This document shows positions 1 to 8,585 of a DNA stretch of 44,366 nucleotides, piece by piece; position 1 is the stretch's first letter; each line of letters begins with the position of its first letter. The notes beneath the pieces are model-generated. The model saw nothing but the letters and a program-made list of their open reading frames with translations. It was not told where the DNA came from and searched no databases. Position numbers and translations under genes: made by a program. The DNA lies in NCBI GenBank assembly GCA_041492755.1, contig JBGPXN010000018.1, positions 1-44,366 on the forward strand, written 5' to 3'. Origin of the DNA: Candidatus Methylomirabilia bacterium (GTDB taxonomy: Bacteria > Methylomirabilota > Methylomirabilia > Rokubacteriales > CSP1-6).

Positions 1-156
1 CGGGAGGAGATCGAGCGCCACGTCGCCGCCAGCGGCTGCACGTACTTCGTGGCCCGGCTGATGTTCGGCACCATGAGCGAGGCCGACGCCACGTCGTCGA
101 TCGATCTCTTCACGACCGAGGTCATGCCGCACCTCACCCGCCTCACTGCATCCTGA
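1..156 (+). CDS. C-terminal fragment of probable LLM-class flavin-dependent oxidoreductase (5' truncated by window)
   Basis: Frame 1 reads REEIERHVAASGCTYFVARLMFGTMSEADATSSIDLFTTEVMPHLTRLTAS*; the S.DLF.TEVMP ending is typical of luciferase-like monooxygenases. Confidence 0.7.
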   Translation, partial: REEIERHVAASGCTYFVARLMFGTMSEADATSSIDLFTTEVMPHLTRLTAS

Positions 157-207
157 CGCGGTGCCGTGGCCGGGGGGGCGGGTGCCGTCCCGTTGCGGTA
201 AACGGAC

Positions 208-339
208 ATGCCCGAGTTCGTGATCGAGCGCGAGATCGCCGGTGCCGGCAAGTGGACGCCCGAGCAGCGGCGGGCGGCGGCGGTCGACCGGATCTCGGAA
301 GTCCGCGGGCAGCTCGATCCCACCTCCGCGGAGCGCTGA
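208..339 (+). pseudogene. Internally deleted DUF4242-like gene remnant (43 aa)
   Basis: MPEFVIEREIAGAGKWTPEQRRAAA joined directly to VDRISEVRGQLDPTSAER*; resembles the N- and C-termini of DUF4242 proteins with the middle missing. Confidence 0.6.
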
Positions 340-446
340 CCGAGCGTTCGCGCCTCGGGGTGGGCACCGATCGTTCCGTCCCCGCCGGTCGGATGCAACG
401 GGCAGCTCCGGTCGCGTGCGGACGACGGGGATTCCCTGACGAGGAT

Positions 447-501
447 GTCAATCGGGTGACTGTCTCCGTCAATCAGATGACTGCCTCCGTCGATCGGTGA
501 C
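447..501. promoter_or_regulatory. 21-bp-period tandem array of GTCA-N6-TGAC palindromes, probable transcription-factor sites
   Basis: gtcaatcgggtgactgtctcc (447-467), gtcaatcagatgactgcctcc (468-488), degenerate gtcgatcggtgac (489-501). Confidence 0.55.
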
Positions 502-933
502 GATTCCTGACGCGAGAGTGCGCATGAAAAACGGACCCGCGGGAAGGGCGAACCGGCGAGAATAGGCACGATTCCGCGATCCTCCGAGGGCGGTGAGGAT
601 CGCCGTGTCGCCGCCCGCTCTGTGGCCGGATTGGTGCAATGGTGCGGTAACGCGATGCTATTCGAGGTTGTCACGGCCGAGGGACGGCACTTCCCCGCGG
701 CGGCCAGTGCGCGCGGAAGGGTCGATGCACATGGGAGAGTCGTCGCGCGCGCGACGCGTCATGACGCCGCGGTCACTGCCTGCCCTCCCGGTCCACCCCC
801 GCCGACCCTCGGCTTCCGTCGTCGCGTTGCATCGCAAGCGTATACCGCCACGGTTTACTAGCAACCACCGTCACGCACCTATTACCGTAGCCCACCGGAA
901 CCAGCCCGTGATGCGCCCACAGGAGTAAAAAGT

Positions 934-1644
934 ATGAACCATGCGCGGCCGGCTTCCGAGCGGGAAGTCATTCAGGTCGTCTGCCACGAGTTGCGCGGCA
1001 CGTTGTCGCCGCTCCGCGTGTGGGCGCGGCTCCTGTGCCGCGGCGACGTGACGCCCGAGCAGACACGGCTCGTCGGCGAGGTGCTCGAGCGCGGTATGCA
1101 GGTGCTGACCCGACTTGCGGGCGACCTGGCCATGCTCGAGACGGCGGAGGATGACGACATCCCGATGGCGTCGGGACCGCTGGATCTTCGCGAGACCGTC
1201 CTCGCGGTCACGTGCGTGATGACGCCGGCGGCCGAGGCCAAGGGTATCGTGCTCGCCGTCGACGTGCCGGCGGAGGCCGTGACCGTGGCCGGCGATCAAG
1301 TCCGGCTCGGCCAGGTCATGGCGAACCTGGTCGACAATGCCGTGAAGTTCACGGACGCGCCCGGGCGGATCACGGTGCGAGTCCGCAGGGACTCCAGCGA
1401 GGCGCAGGTGAGCGTCGAGGACACCGGGGCCGGCATCGACCCCGGCTTCCTGCCCCACGTGTTCGAGCGGTTCGCCCAGGAGATGCCCGGCAACTACGGG
1501 CGACCGGGGCGCGGGCTGGGGCTCCATCTCGTGAAACGCCTGGTGGAGCACCACCGCGGAACGATCGTCGCCGCGAGCCAGGGGCCGGGGCACGGCAGCC
1601 AATTCGTCGTCACGCTTCCCGTGTCACCCCCAGCCGCGGCCTGA
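934..1644 (+). CDS. Histidine kinase (HisKA + HATPase only, no sensor domain)
   Basis: H-box CHELRGTL, N-box QVMANLVDNAVKFT, G1 DTGAGI, F-box FERF, G2 GRGLGL. Confidence 0.9.
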   Translation: MNHARPASEREVIQVVCHELRGTLSPLRVWARLLCRGDVTPEQTRLVGEVLERGMQVLTRLAGDLAMLETAEDDDIPMASGPLDLRETVLAVTCVMTPAAEAKGIVLAVDVPAEAVTVAGDQVRLGQVMANLVDNAVKFTDAPGRITVRVRRDSSEAQVSVEDTGAGIDPGFLPHVFERFAQEMPGNYGRPGRGLGLHLVKRLVEHHRGTIVAASQGPGHGSQFVVTLPVSPPAAA

Positions 1645-1693
1645 GCTGACCGGACGCGGTGCCTGGCCGAGGGAACTCGAGGGATCACACGGG

Positions 1694-2500
1694 GTGACGC
1701 CCCAGCCGAAGCGCTTGCAGGTCCTGGTGGTCGAGGACAACCTGCTCGTGCGCGAGTTCATCGTGGACGCGCTGCAAGACGTGGCCGACGTGACCCAGGC
1801 GCGCGATCCGGACGAGGCCATCGCGCGCCTCGTCGAGCGCGGCCCGGCCGTCCACCTCGTGATCGTCGACTGCGTGCTCCCGAGCCGCGTCGATCCGCGC
1901 CACGCCGGGATCCGGCTGGTCGAGACGATCCGCGCGCGCTGGCCCTGGATCTGGACGGTCGGGATCACGGGCGCGCTGAACGCCGATGAGCTGATCATCC
2001 AGGCCTTCCGCAGCGGCGTTCAGGATTTCCTCAAGAAGCCGTTCGCCCTCGCGGACCTCGAGGCGGCCGTGGCGCGAGCGGAGCCGCGCGCCCAGGCGCG
2101 CCGGACCGGTGACCGGTCGCAGCTGGAGGCCGCCATCGAGCGCGTGATCGCCTTCATCGGCGAGCACTACGGCGAGCGTCTCTCGCTGAGCGACGTGGCC
2201 AACCTCGCCGCGATGAGCCGCTGGCACTTCTGCCGGATGTTCCGGGTCGCGACGGGGCAGCCCTTCAGCCACTACGTGCGGGAGCTGCGACTCGCGCGCG
2301 CCAAGGAGCTGCTCACCACCACCGGTCTGTCGTTGACCGAGGTCGCCCTCGAGGTCGGCTTCTACGACCTGCCGCACTTCGACAAGGTCTTCCGCCGGCG
2401 GTTCGGGATCTCGCCGACTGAGTTCCTCCGGCGCCCGCCGCCCACTCGCGCGCCCGGCCGACCACTGGATCCGGGGAGCGGCGAGGCGGTGTCCGGCTAG
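1694..2500 (+). CDS. Response regulator with C-terminal AraC-family HTH
   Basis: REC motifs VLVVEDN, VIVD, ITG, FLKKPF; AraC motifs LSLSDVANLAAMSRWHFCRMF and EVGFYDLPHFDKVFRRRFGISP. Confidence 0.9.
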   Translation: MTPQPKRLQVLVVEDNLLVREFIVDALQDVADVTQARDPDEAIARLVERGPAVHLVIVDCVLPSRVDPRHAGIRLVETIRARWPWIWTVGITGALNADELIIQAFRSGVQDFLKKPFALADLEAAVARAEPRAQARRTGDRSQLEAAIERVIAFIGEHYGERLSLSDVANLAAMSRWHFCRMFRVATGQPFSHYVRELRLARAKELLTTTGLSLTEVALEVGFYDLPHFDKVFRRRFGISPTEFLRRPPPTRAPGRPLDPGSGEAVSG

Positions 2501-2600
2501 ACCCGCGATAGTCCGGGCGTCACTGTCGCTGGTCCGCTTGACAGTCAGCCGACCCGCGCGCACGTTGTCGACGCGCCGATTCTTCGCACGGGAGGCTCCC

Positions 2601-3404
2601 ATGACGCTCAAAGGCAAGCGCGCGCTCATTACCGGTGGTTCCCGCGGCATCGGACGCGGCATCGTGCTCAAGCTGGCGGAACTGGGCGCCGACGTCGCCA
2701 TCGGGTACCACGAGAACCAGACCGCGGCCAACGAGACGTCGGCTCGGGCGCGGAAGCACGGGGTCAAGGCGGTGACGGTCCAGGTCGACGTGACCAGGCC
2801 GGAGTCGGTCACGACGATGTTCGATCGGGTCCGGGCCGACCTCGGTGGCGTGGACATCTTCGTCGCCAACGCCCGGCCCGAGCTGCCCGGCTTCTATCGC
2901 AAGCCGCTGGAGCTTGGGCTCGACGCGTGGGACACCGCCGTGGATTCGCAGGCGAAGGCCTTCCTCGTCGGCGCGCAGGCCGCGGCCGGGATGATGGGCG
3001 ACGGCGGACGCATCATCGCCATCACGTACGCGCCGGGCGCGCGCACGGCGAGCTGGCAGCCGTGGGCGGCGATGGGACCCGCCAAGGCGGCCCTGGAGTC
3101 GCTCTGTCGCTACTTCGCGGTGGCGCTGGCCCGTCGCGGGATCACGGTGAACGCGGTGAGCCCCGGCCTCACCGAGGACAGCGTGTTCAACACGTTCCCC
3201 CCGGCGGCGCAGGAGGTGACGCGGAAATGGCACGAGAGCGGGTGGACGCCGATGGGCCGGATGGGAACGCCCGCGGACATCGGCAACGTGGTCGCGCTGC
3301 TGGCGTCGCCCGAAGCGGGTTGGATCACGGGGCAGGTGATCTACGCGGACGGTGGCGCGTCGCTCATGGACACGCTCACCACGCTCGAGATCCAGAAGGG
3401 GTAA
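2601..3404 (+). CDS. SDR family oxidoreductase (FabL/enoyl-reductase-like)
   Basis: TGGSRGIG, NAVSPG, ITGQVIYADGG; ATG 2601 follows SD ggagg; possible promoter ttgaca(2538)-17-cacgtt. Confidence 0.88.
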   Translation: MTLKGKRALITGGSRGIGRGIVLKLAELGADVAIGYHENQTAANETSARARKHGVKAVTVQVDVTRPESVTTMFDRVRADLGGVDIFVANARPELPGFYRKPLELGLDAWDTAVDSQAKAFLVGAQAAAGMMGDGGRIIAITYAPGARTASWQPWAAMGPAKAALESLCRYFAVALARRGITVNAVSPGLTEDSVFNTFPPAAQEVTRKWHESGWTPMGRMGTPADIGNVVALLASPEAGWITGQVIYADGGASLMDTLTTLEIQKG

Positions 3405-3456
3405 GTCTCCTCGGAGGGGCTTCGGCGGGCGAAGCTGGCGCGCGGAACTGGCGCCG

Positions 3457-6400
3457 TCAGCGGGGGTCGGAGAGGGTCGCGGCGAGGAGGGCGGCGCGTT
3501 CGGTGTAGCGTGGGGTGCGCAGCGCGGCGAACGTGCGGCACGCGTGGTCGAGGTGCTCGCGCGCGGCCGCGACGTCGCGCGCGCGCACGAGATCGGCGAG
3601 CTCGAGGTGCACGCGGGCGATCTCGAACTCGGCCCCGATCGACGCGAACGTCCGGAGCGCTTCGCCGAGGCGTGACTCGGCGGCGGCGAGATCGCCCCCC
3701 GCTCGGGCGATGCGCGCGAGGATACGCTCCGCGTAGCCGACGCCGAACCAGTATTGAGCGCTGCGCACGATGGCCAGGCCGCGCTCGGCCACGTCACGCG
3801 CGCGCGCCAGGTCGCCCTCCAGTCGGTACGCTTCGCCGAGCGCGGCGAGGAACTTCCCGTGCCACTGCGGGAAGCGGAACCGCTCGAGCTCCTTGGTCGC
3901 GAGCTCCAGGAGCGGGATGGCCTCCGCCGATTCGCCCCGCTCCACCAGCGTGTAGCCCGCGAACGACGCCGCGTAGGCGCCGCTGACGGGGTCCGGCGCG
4001 AGCTTGCGGGCCTGCTCCGATTCCTCGCTGGCCGCGTCCAGCTCACCGCGCATGGTATCGGCCCAGCCCGCGGTGAAGAGGGCGTAGCACTGCAGCCGGG
4101 GATCCGAGATGGACTCGCCGACGGCGCGGGCCCGGGCGGTCGCGCGCATCACGTCGTCGAAGCGACCCACGGTCAGATGGTTCACGGCGACGTAGAAATG
4201 CGCCATGCCGAGCCACCACTGCTGATTCGTCTTTTCCAGGAGCGCGACGGCTTCGCGACCGTGCTCGACGCCCTCGGCGGGCCGGCCGGCCCAGTGGCCC
4301 TCGAGCGCGAGGAGCCCGTGGGCCTTGCCGAGGGTCGCGTCGTCGCCCGCGCGCGTCGCTTTTTCGATGGCGCGGTGCGCGTTGCTCGCGGCCAGATCCT
4401 GCTTGCCGAGGCGGCTGTACATGTGCGCGAGCCAGAAGTGGAACCGCCCGGCGAGGTCCGGATCGTCCAGAGCGGCGAGCGGCTCCTGGTGGCGCAGGAG
4501 CAGGTCGACGCTTTCTTCGAACCGGCCCAGGAAGTAGAGCGAGAAGCCCTGGCGGAGGGCGATCTCGATCACGATGCGGTCGTGCTCGCCGCCGCGAGGC
4601 CGCCGCTCCAGGTGGACGAGCGCGTCGGCGAGGTGCACGAGCGCCTCGGCGTTCGCGTACACGCGCGCGGCCTTGTCCGCCATTCGCAGCAGGTACTCGA
4701 CCGCCTTGTCGGCGTCCTCCGAGCGCCCGTAGTGGAAGGCGAGGGCACCGTAGACTTCCTCCAACCGATCGGCGAAGAGCTCCTCGAGGGCGCGCGCGCC
4801 GGCGCCGTGGAGCGCCTGGCGGCGAGGCGTGAGCAGCCCGTCGTAGGCGACGTCCTGCGTGAGCGCGTGCTTGAAGACGTACACCGGCTCCTCGCCGCCG
4901 GCCCGCTCGTAGACGAACTCGAGCCGCTTGAGCTCCAGGAGATGCGGCTGGAGCGCGTCGCCCCCGTCCCAGATCCGGTCCAGGAGCTTGAGCGAGAACT
5001 CCCGCCCGAGCACCGAGGCCGTGCGGAGCAGCCGCTTGGTCTCCTCCGACAGGCGATCGATGCGCGCGGTGATGACGCCCTGCACGGTATCGGGGATCGC
5101 CTGCTCGGCCCCGCGCTGGCCGGCGACGGACAGCGCCAGCTCTTCGAGGAAGAACGGATTACCCTCCGCCCGGCCGAGAATGGTCTCCGACAGCGTCGAC
5201 GAGAGCGGCGCCTCGCTCACGATGGAGCGCACGACGGTGAGCGCGTCCTGGCGGCCGAGCGGACGGAGCGTGATCTGGGTCGCGTACGAGCGGTCCATCC
5301 ACGGCGGCCGATACCCCGGGCGGTACGTCATGAGCAGGAGGATGTGGGTGGCGGTCAGGCTCTCGACGAGCGAGGCCAGGTAGTCCTCGGACGTGCGGTC
5401 GATCCAGTGCAGATCCTCGACGACGAAGACGATCGGCCGCAGGCGGCTGCCGCGGAGCGCGAGCTGGCGCAGGGCCTCGAAGGTCCGGCTCTTGATGGCC
5501 TCCGGACTCAGCGCATCGAGCCCGTCGCCGCCCTCGCGGACGCCGAGCAGGTGCAGGACGTACCGCGCCCACTCGGTCGGCGCGAGGCCGACGCCGCGCA
5601 GCCCGTCGTTGACCTTGGCCACGACCGCGTCCGCGCCGTCGCTCTCGACGATGCCGCAGTTGTGGCGCAGCAGGTCCACGAGTGGCAGATACGGGATCGA
5701 GCTGCCGTAGGACACGCACCGGCCCTCGAGGAGCGTGACGCGCTGGCCGGCCAGCCCCGCGCCGAACTCGTGGAGCAGGCGCGACTTACCCATGCCCGGC
5801 TCGCCGACGACGCCGACCACCTGGCCTTCGCCCGCGAGGACCTGAGCGAACAGATCGTGCAGCACGCCGACCTCGCGCTGCCGGCCGACGAATTCGCCGA
5901 GCTCGCGCGCCGGACGCTCCTCCAGCGACGAGCGTCGCGGTCCGAGCCCGGTGAGCCGCCACGCCGTCACCGGCTCGCTCCTGCCCTTCACCGGCAGCGC
6001 GTCGATGCGCTCGGCGCGCGCGACTCCGCTGACGAGGCGGTGGGTGGCGTCGCTCAGCAGCACCTGCCCCGGCTCGGCCGCCTGCTGCAGTCGCGCGGCG
6101 AGGTTCGTGGTGTCGCCGACGGCGGTGTAGTCCATGCGGAGGTTGTCGCCGATGCGGCCGACGACCACGAACCCGGTGTTGATTCCCATCCGGACGCGCA
6201 CGGTCTGCGGCGAGCCGGGCCCGAGCGAGGCATGCGCCTCGAGCCGGCGCTGAATGCCGAGCGCGGCGAGGACGGCGCGGCGCGCGTCGTCCTCGTGGGC
6301 GAGCGGCGCACCGAACAGCGCCATGAAGCCGTCGCCGAGGAACTGGTTGACCGTGCCTTCGTACCGGTGCACTTCCGCGAGCGCCAGCTCGAAGAAGCGA

Positions 6401-6801
6401 TCGAGGAGATCGTGCATCGCCTCGGCGCCCAAACGCTCGGCGAGCCCGGTGGAGTCGGTGATGTCGCAGAACAGCACCGTGACCTGCTTGCGCTCGCCCT
6501 CGAGCGCGCTCTTCGTGACCAGGATCTTGTCGGCGAGGTGCTTGGGCGTGTAACTGCGGGGCGAGGCGAAGCGTGGCGCTTCGCGCTCCGGCTCGGCCGC
6601 CGACGGCCGCTCCGGACCGCGCGCCGGGTCCCGCTCCGGCGGGCGCGCGCCGGTGAGCGGCGTGCCGCACTTCGTGCAAAAACGATGGGACGGGGCGTTG
6701 TCGGTGCCGCAGGCGGAACAGGCCGCCACCAGCCGCGCGCCACACTGGGGACAGAACGCAGCGTCGGGCGGAACCTCGTGCCGGCAGCGCGCACACTCCA
6801 T
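3457..6801 (-). CDS. Double zinc-ribbon / class III adenylate-guanylate cyclase / AAA ATPase / TPR protein
   Basis: Four CxxC pairs at the N-terminus; LFCDITDST, FLGDGFMALFG, GDTTNLAARL; Walker A GEPGMGKS, Walker B VVEDLHW; helical repeats at the C-terminus. Confidence 0.93.
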   Translation of the reverse strand: MECARCRHEVPPDAAFCPQCGARLVAACSACGTDNAPSHRFCTKCGTPLTGARPPERDPARGPERPSAAEPEREAPRFASPRSYTPKHLADKILVTKSALEGERKQVTVLFCDITDSTGLAERLGAEAMHDLLDRFFELALAEVHRYEGTVNQFLGDGFMALFGAPLAHEDDARRAVLAALGIQRRLEAHASLGPGSPQTVRVRMGINTGFVVVGRIGDNLRMDYTAVGDTTNLAARLQQAAEPGQVLLSDATHRLVSGVARAERIDALPVKGRSEPVTAWRLTGLGPRRSSLEERPARELGEFVGRQREVGVLHDLFAQVLAGEGQVVGVVGEPGMGKSRLLHEFGAGLAGQRVTLLEGRCVSYGSSIPYLPLVDLLRHNCGIVESDGADAVVAKVNDGLRGVGLAPTEWARYVLHLLGVREGGDGLDALSPEAIKSRTFEALRQLALRGSRLRPIVFVVEDLHWIDRTSEDYLASLVESLTATHILLLMTYRPGYRPPWMDRSYATQITLRPLGRQDALTVVRSIVSEAPLSSTLSETILGRAEGNPFFLEELALSVAGQRGAEQAIPDTVQGVITARIDRLSEETKRLLRTASVLGREFSLKLLDRIWDGGDALQPHLLELKRLEFVYERAGGEEPVYVFKHALTQDVAYDGLLTPRRQALHGAGARALEELFADRLEEVYGALAFHYGRSEDADKAVEYLLRMADKAARVYANAEALVHLADALVHLERRPRGGEHDRIVIEIALRQGFSLYFLGRFEESVDLLLRHQEPLAALDDPDLAGRFHFWLAHMYSRLGKQDLAASNAHRAIEKATRAGDDATLGKAHGLLALEGHWAGRPAEGVEHGREAVALLEKTNQQWWLGMAHFYVAVNHLTVGRFDDVMRATARARAVGESISDPRLQCYALFTAGWADTMRGELDAASEESEQARKLAPDPVSGAYAASFAGYTLVERGESAEAIPLLELATKELERFRFPQWHGKFLAALGEAYRLEGDLARARDVAERGLAIVRSAQYWFGVGYAERILARIARAGGDLAAAESRLGEALRTFASIGAEFEIARVHLELADLVRARDVAAAREHLDHACRTFAALRTPRYTERAALLAATLSDPR

Positions 6802-6858
6802 CAGCCCTCCCGGTGTCCCGACGCCGGAGAATGCGCGTCGAGACTATCATGCTGGACG

Positions 6859-7148
6859 ATGAAGCCGCGTGACGTAGTCCTGGCCGTGAGCAACGTTCTC
6901 GTCAAGCGCGTGACCGGCGCGGAGATGCTGAGTCTCGTCGCCTGGCTGAGCCTGGTGCCGCCGCTGCCCTCGCTGGCGCTGTCGCTCGCGCTCGACGGGC
7001 CGCGTCCGCCGTCGTCTTCGGCGAGCGCTTCGGGGAGCTCCGGCGGGCCGGGATGGTGCTGGTGATGCTGGGACTCGCGGTCATCGTGCGGCCGCTGCCG
7101 GCGCTCCGGCGCCCAGCCCGGGCGGGAACGTGGCCGGTCGCGCGCTGA
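6859..7148 (+). pseudogene. EamA/DMT transporter remnant with two internal deletions and a frameshift
   Basis: MKPRDVVLAV + SNVLVKRVTGAEMLSLVAWLSLVPPLPSLALSLALDGP, then another frame from 7002 ASAVVFGERFGELRRAGMVLVMLGLAVIVRP...* (7148); matches start, middle and end of EamA exporters. Confidence 0.7.
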
Positions 7149-7612
7149 GCATCGCGCCGGCCACCCCGGACGACGTGCCGGGCGTCGTCGCGCTCATCGG
7201 CCGCGTCTACGCCGAGTATGCCTTCGTCTACGATCCGCCCACCGAGGTGCCGGACCTCTTTCAGTTCGCGAGCCACTACGAAGCCCCGCGCGGCGCGTTC
7301 TTCGTCGTGCGTGACGCCGACCGCATCGTGGGCTCGGTGGGCGTCGAGCGCGTCGACGCGACGACCGCCGAGCTCCATCGGCTGTACCTGGACGCGACGC
7401 GGCGCGGGCAGGGGACCGGACGCGCGCTGGCCGAGGCCGCGCTCGCCTGGTGTCGGGCCCACGGCGTCCCGCGGCTCGTGCTCTGGTCGGACACGCGATT
7501 CGAGCAGGCCCACCGCCTCTACACGCGGATGGGCTTTCAGCAGACGGGCGAGCGGACGCTGCCCGCGGATCCGAACGACACGCGCGAGTATCGCTTCGAG
7601 CGGGCCGTGTGA
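7130..7612 (+). CDS. GNAT family N-acetyltransferase
   Basis: AELHRLYLDATRRGQGTGRAL acetyl-CoA motif; AHRLYTRMGF. Confidence 0.9.
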   Translation: MAGRALSIAPATPDDVPGVVALIGRVYAEYAFVYDPPTEVPDLFQFASHYEAPRGAFFVVRDADRIVGSVGVERVDATTAELHRLYLDATRRGQGTGRALAEAALAWCRAHGVPRLVLWSDTRFEQAHRLYTRMGFQQTGERTLPADPNDTREYRFERAV

Positions 7613-7649
7613 GGCCGCCCGCGAGCGCGCCCGGTCACTTCGCGCGCAT

Positions 7650-7678
7650 TTGACGGGTCTGGGGTGTTCCGCTACCCT
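7650..7678 (+). promoter_or_regulatory. sigma70-type promoter for ABC cluster 1
   Basis: ttgacg-17 nt-taccct. Confidence 0.5.
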
Positions 7679-7730
7679 CGGACCCCAACCTGCGACGAGG
7701 CCGGTTGAAGGGGGGAATCGAAGCGAGCCC

Positions 7731-8585
7731 GTGACCGGACTCACCGTTCGTAGCGCGTTCGTCAGCGGCGTTCCCGAGCTCGTGGAATGGGGACTGCGCG
7801 GCTCGCGCTCACCGGCGCGGCGGACACTGGGGCTGCGGCTCGCCGCGATCGGCGCGTTCCTCCTCCTCTGGAGCCTCGTGTCCGGCGCCGTGGTGCTCCT
7901 GCGCCTCTTCAACCCCATCTTCCTGCCCGGCCCCTGGGTGGTCCTGGGCGAAGTGATCACGCTCGCCGTGAAGGGCACGCTGTGGGTGCACCTCGGCGCG
8001 ACGCTCTGGCGGGTGGCGCTCGGCTTCACGTCCGGCGCCGTGCTCGCGGTCACGCTCGGGCTTGCCGCCGGTCACGTGCGGCCGATTCGCAACGTGGTGG
8101 AGCCGCTGATCGAGCTGCTGCGGCCGGTGCCGCCGCTCGCCGTGCTGCCGCTCTTCATCGTCTGGGTGGGAATCGGCGAGGCCTCCAAGATCGGCTTCAT
8201 CACGTACGCGACGTTCTTCCCGATGTTCCTGACCACGGTGCACGGCGTGCGGCAGATCGACCCCCTGCTCCTCCGGGCCGCGCAGAGCCTCGGCGCCCGC
8301 CGCCACCAGCTCTTCCTGCGTGTGGTGTTGCCGGCGGCGCTGCCCGACGTCCTGACCGGCTTGCGCCTCGGCGTCGCGCTGGCGTTCTTCGTGATCGTGA
8401 TCTCCGAGTTCATCGGCGCCGAGCACGGGCTCGGCTACCTGATCAACGACGGGCGGAACTTCTTCCTCGTTCCCCAGATGCTCGGGGCCGCCATCGTGCT
8501 CGGACTGCTGGGCTGGGCCGGCAGCACGCTGCTCCGACTGGTCGAGCGGCGGTTCACGCGCGGGCAGTATCCGGGAGGCGCGTGA
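7731..8585 (+). CDS. ABC transporter permease (NitT/TauT/SsuC type)
   Basis: LRPVPPLAVLPLFIVWVGIGE, AAQSLGA, GLGYLI; GTG 7731 chosen as start. Confidence 0.9.
   Translation: MTGLTVRSAFVSGVPELVEWGLRGSRSPARRTLGLRLAAIGAFLLLWSLVSGAVVLLRLFNPIFLPGPWVVLGEVITLAVKGTLWVHLGATLWRVALGFTSGAVLAVTLGLAAGHVRPIRNVVEPLIELLRPVPPLAVLPLFIVWVGIGEASKIGFITYATFFPMFLTTVHGVRQIDPLLLRAAQSLGARRHQLFLRVVLPAALPDVLTGLRLGVALAFFVIVISEFIGAEHGLGYLINDGRNFFLVPQMLGAAIVLGLLGWAGSTLLRLVERRFTRGQYPGGA

Noticed and set aside
447..501. Possible mini-CRISPR
   Set aside because: Units are contiguous with no unique spacers, and there are no cas genes
564..646. sigma54-like motifs aggcacgattccgc and tggtgcaatggtgc
   Set aside because: GG-to-GC spacing is one base short of the strict requirement
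500..930. ORFs 593..928, 622..861 and 658..864
   Set aside because: No recognisable motifs, no SD, and atypical composition; more likely regulatory DNA
3405..3456. cggaggggcttcggcgggcgaagc between convergent genes as a repeat copy
   Set aside because: Too short and degenerate to assign; may be just a terminator hairpin
3754..6858. 1103-aa plus-strand ORF
   Set aside because: Antisense shadow of the cyclase gene in high-GC DNA; only its last part (from 6859) corresponds to the EamA remnant
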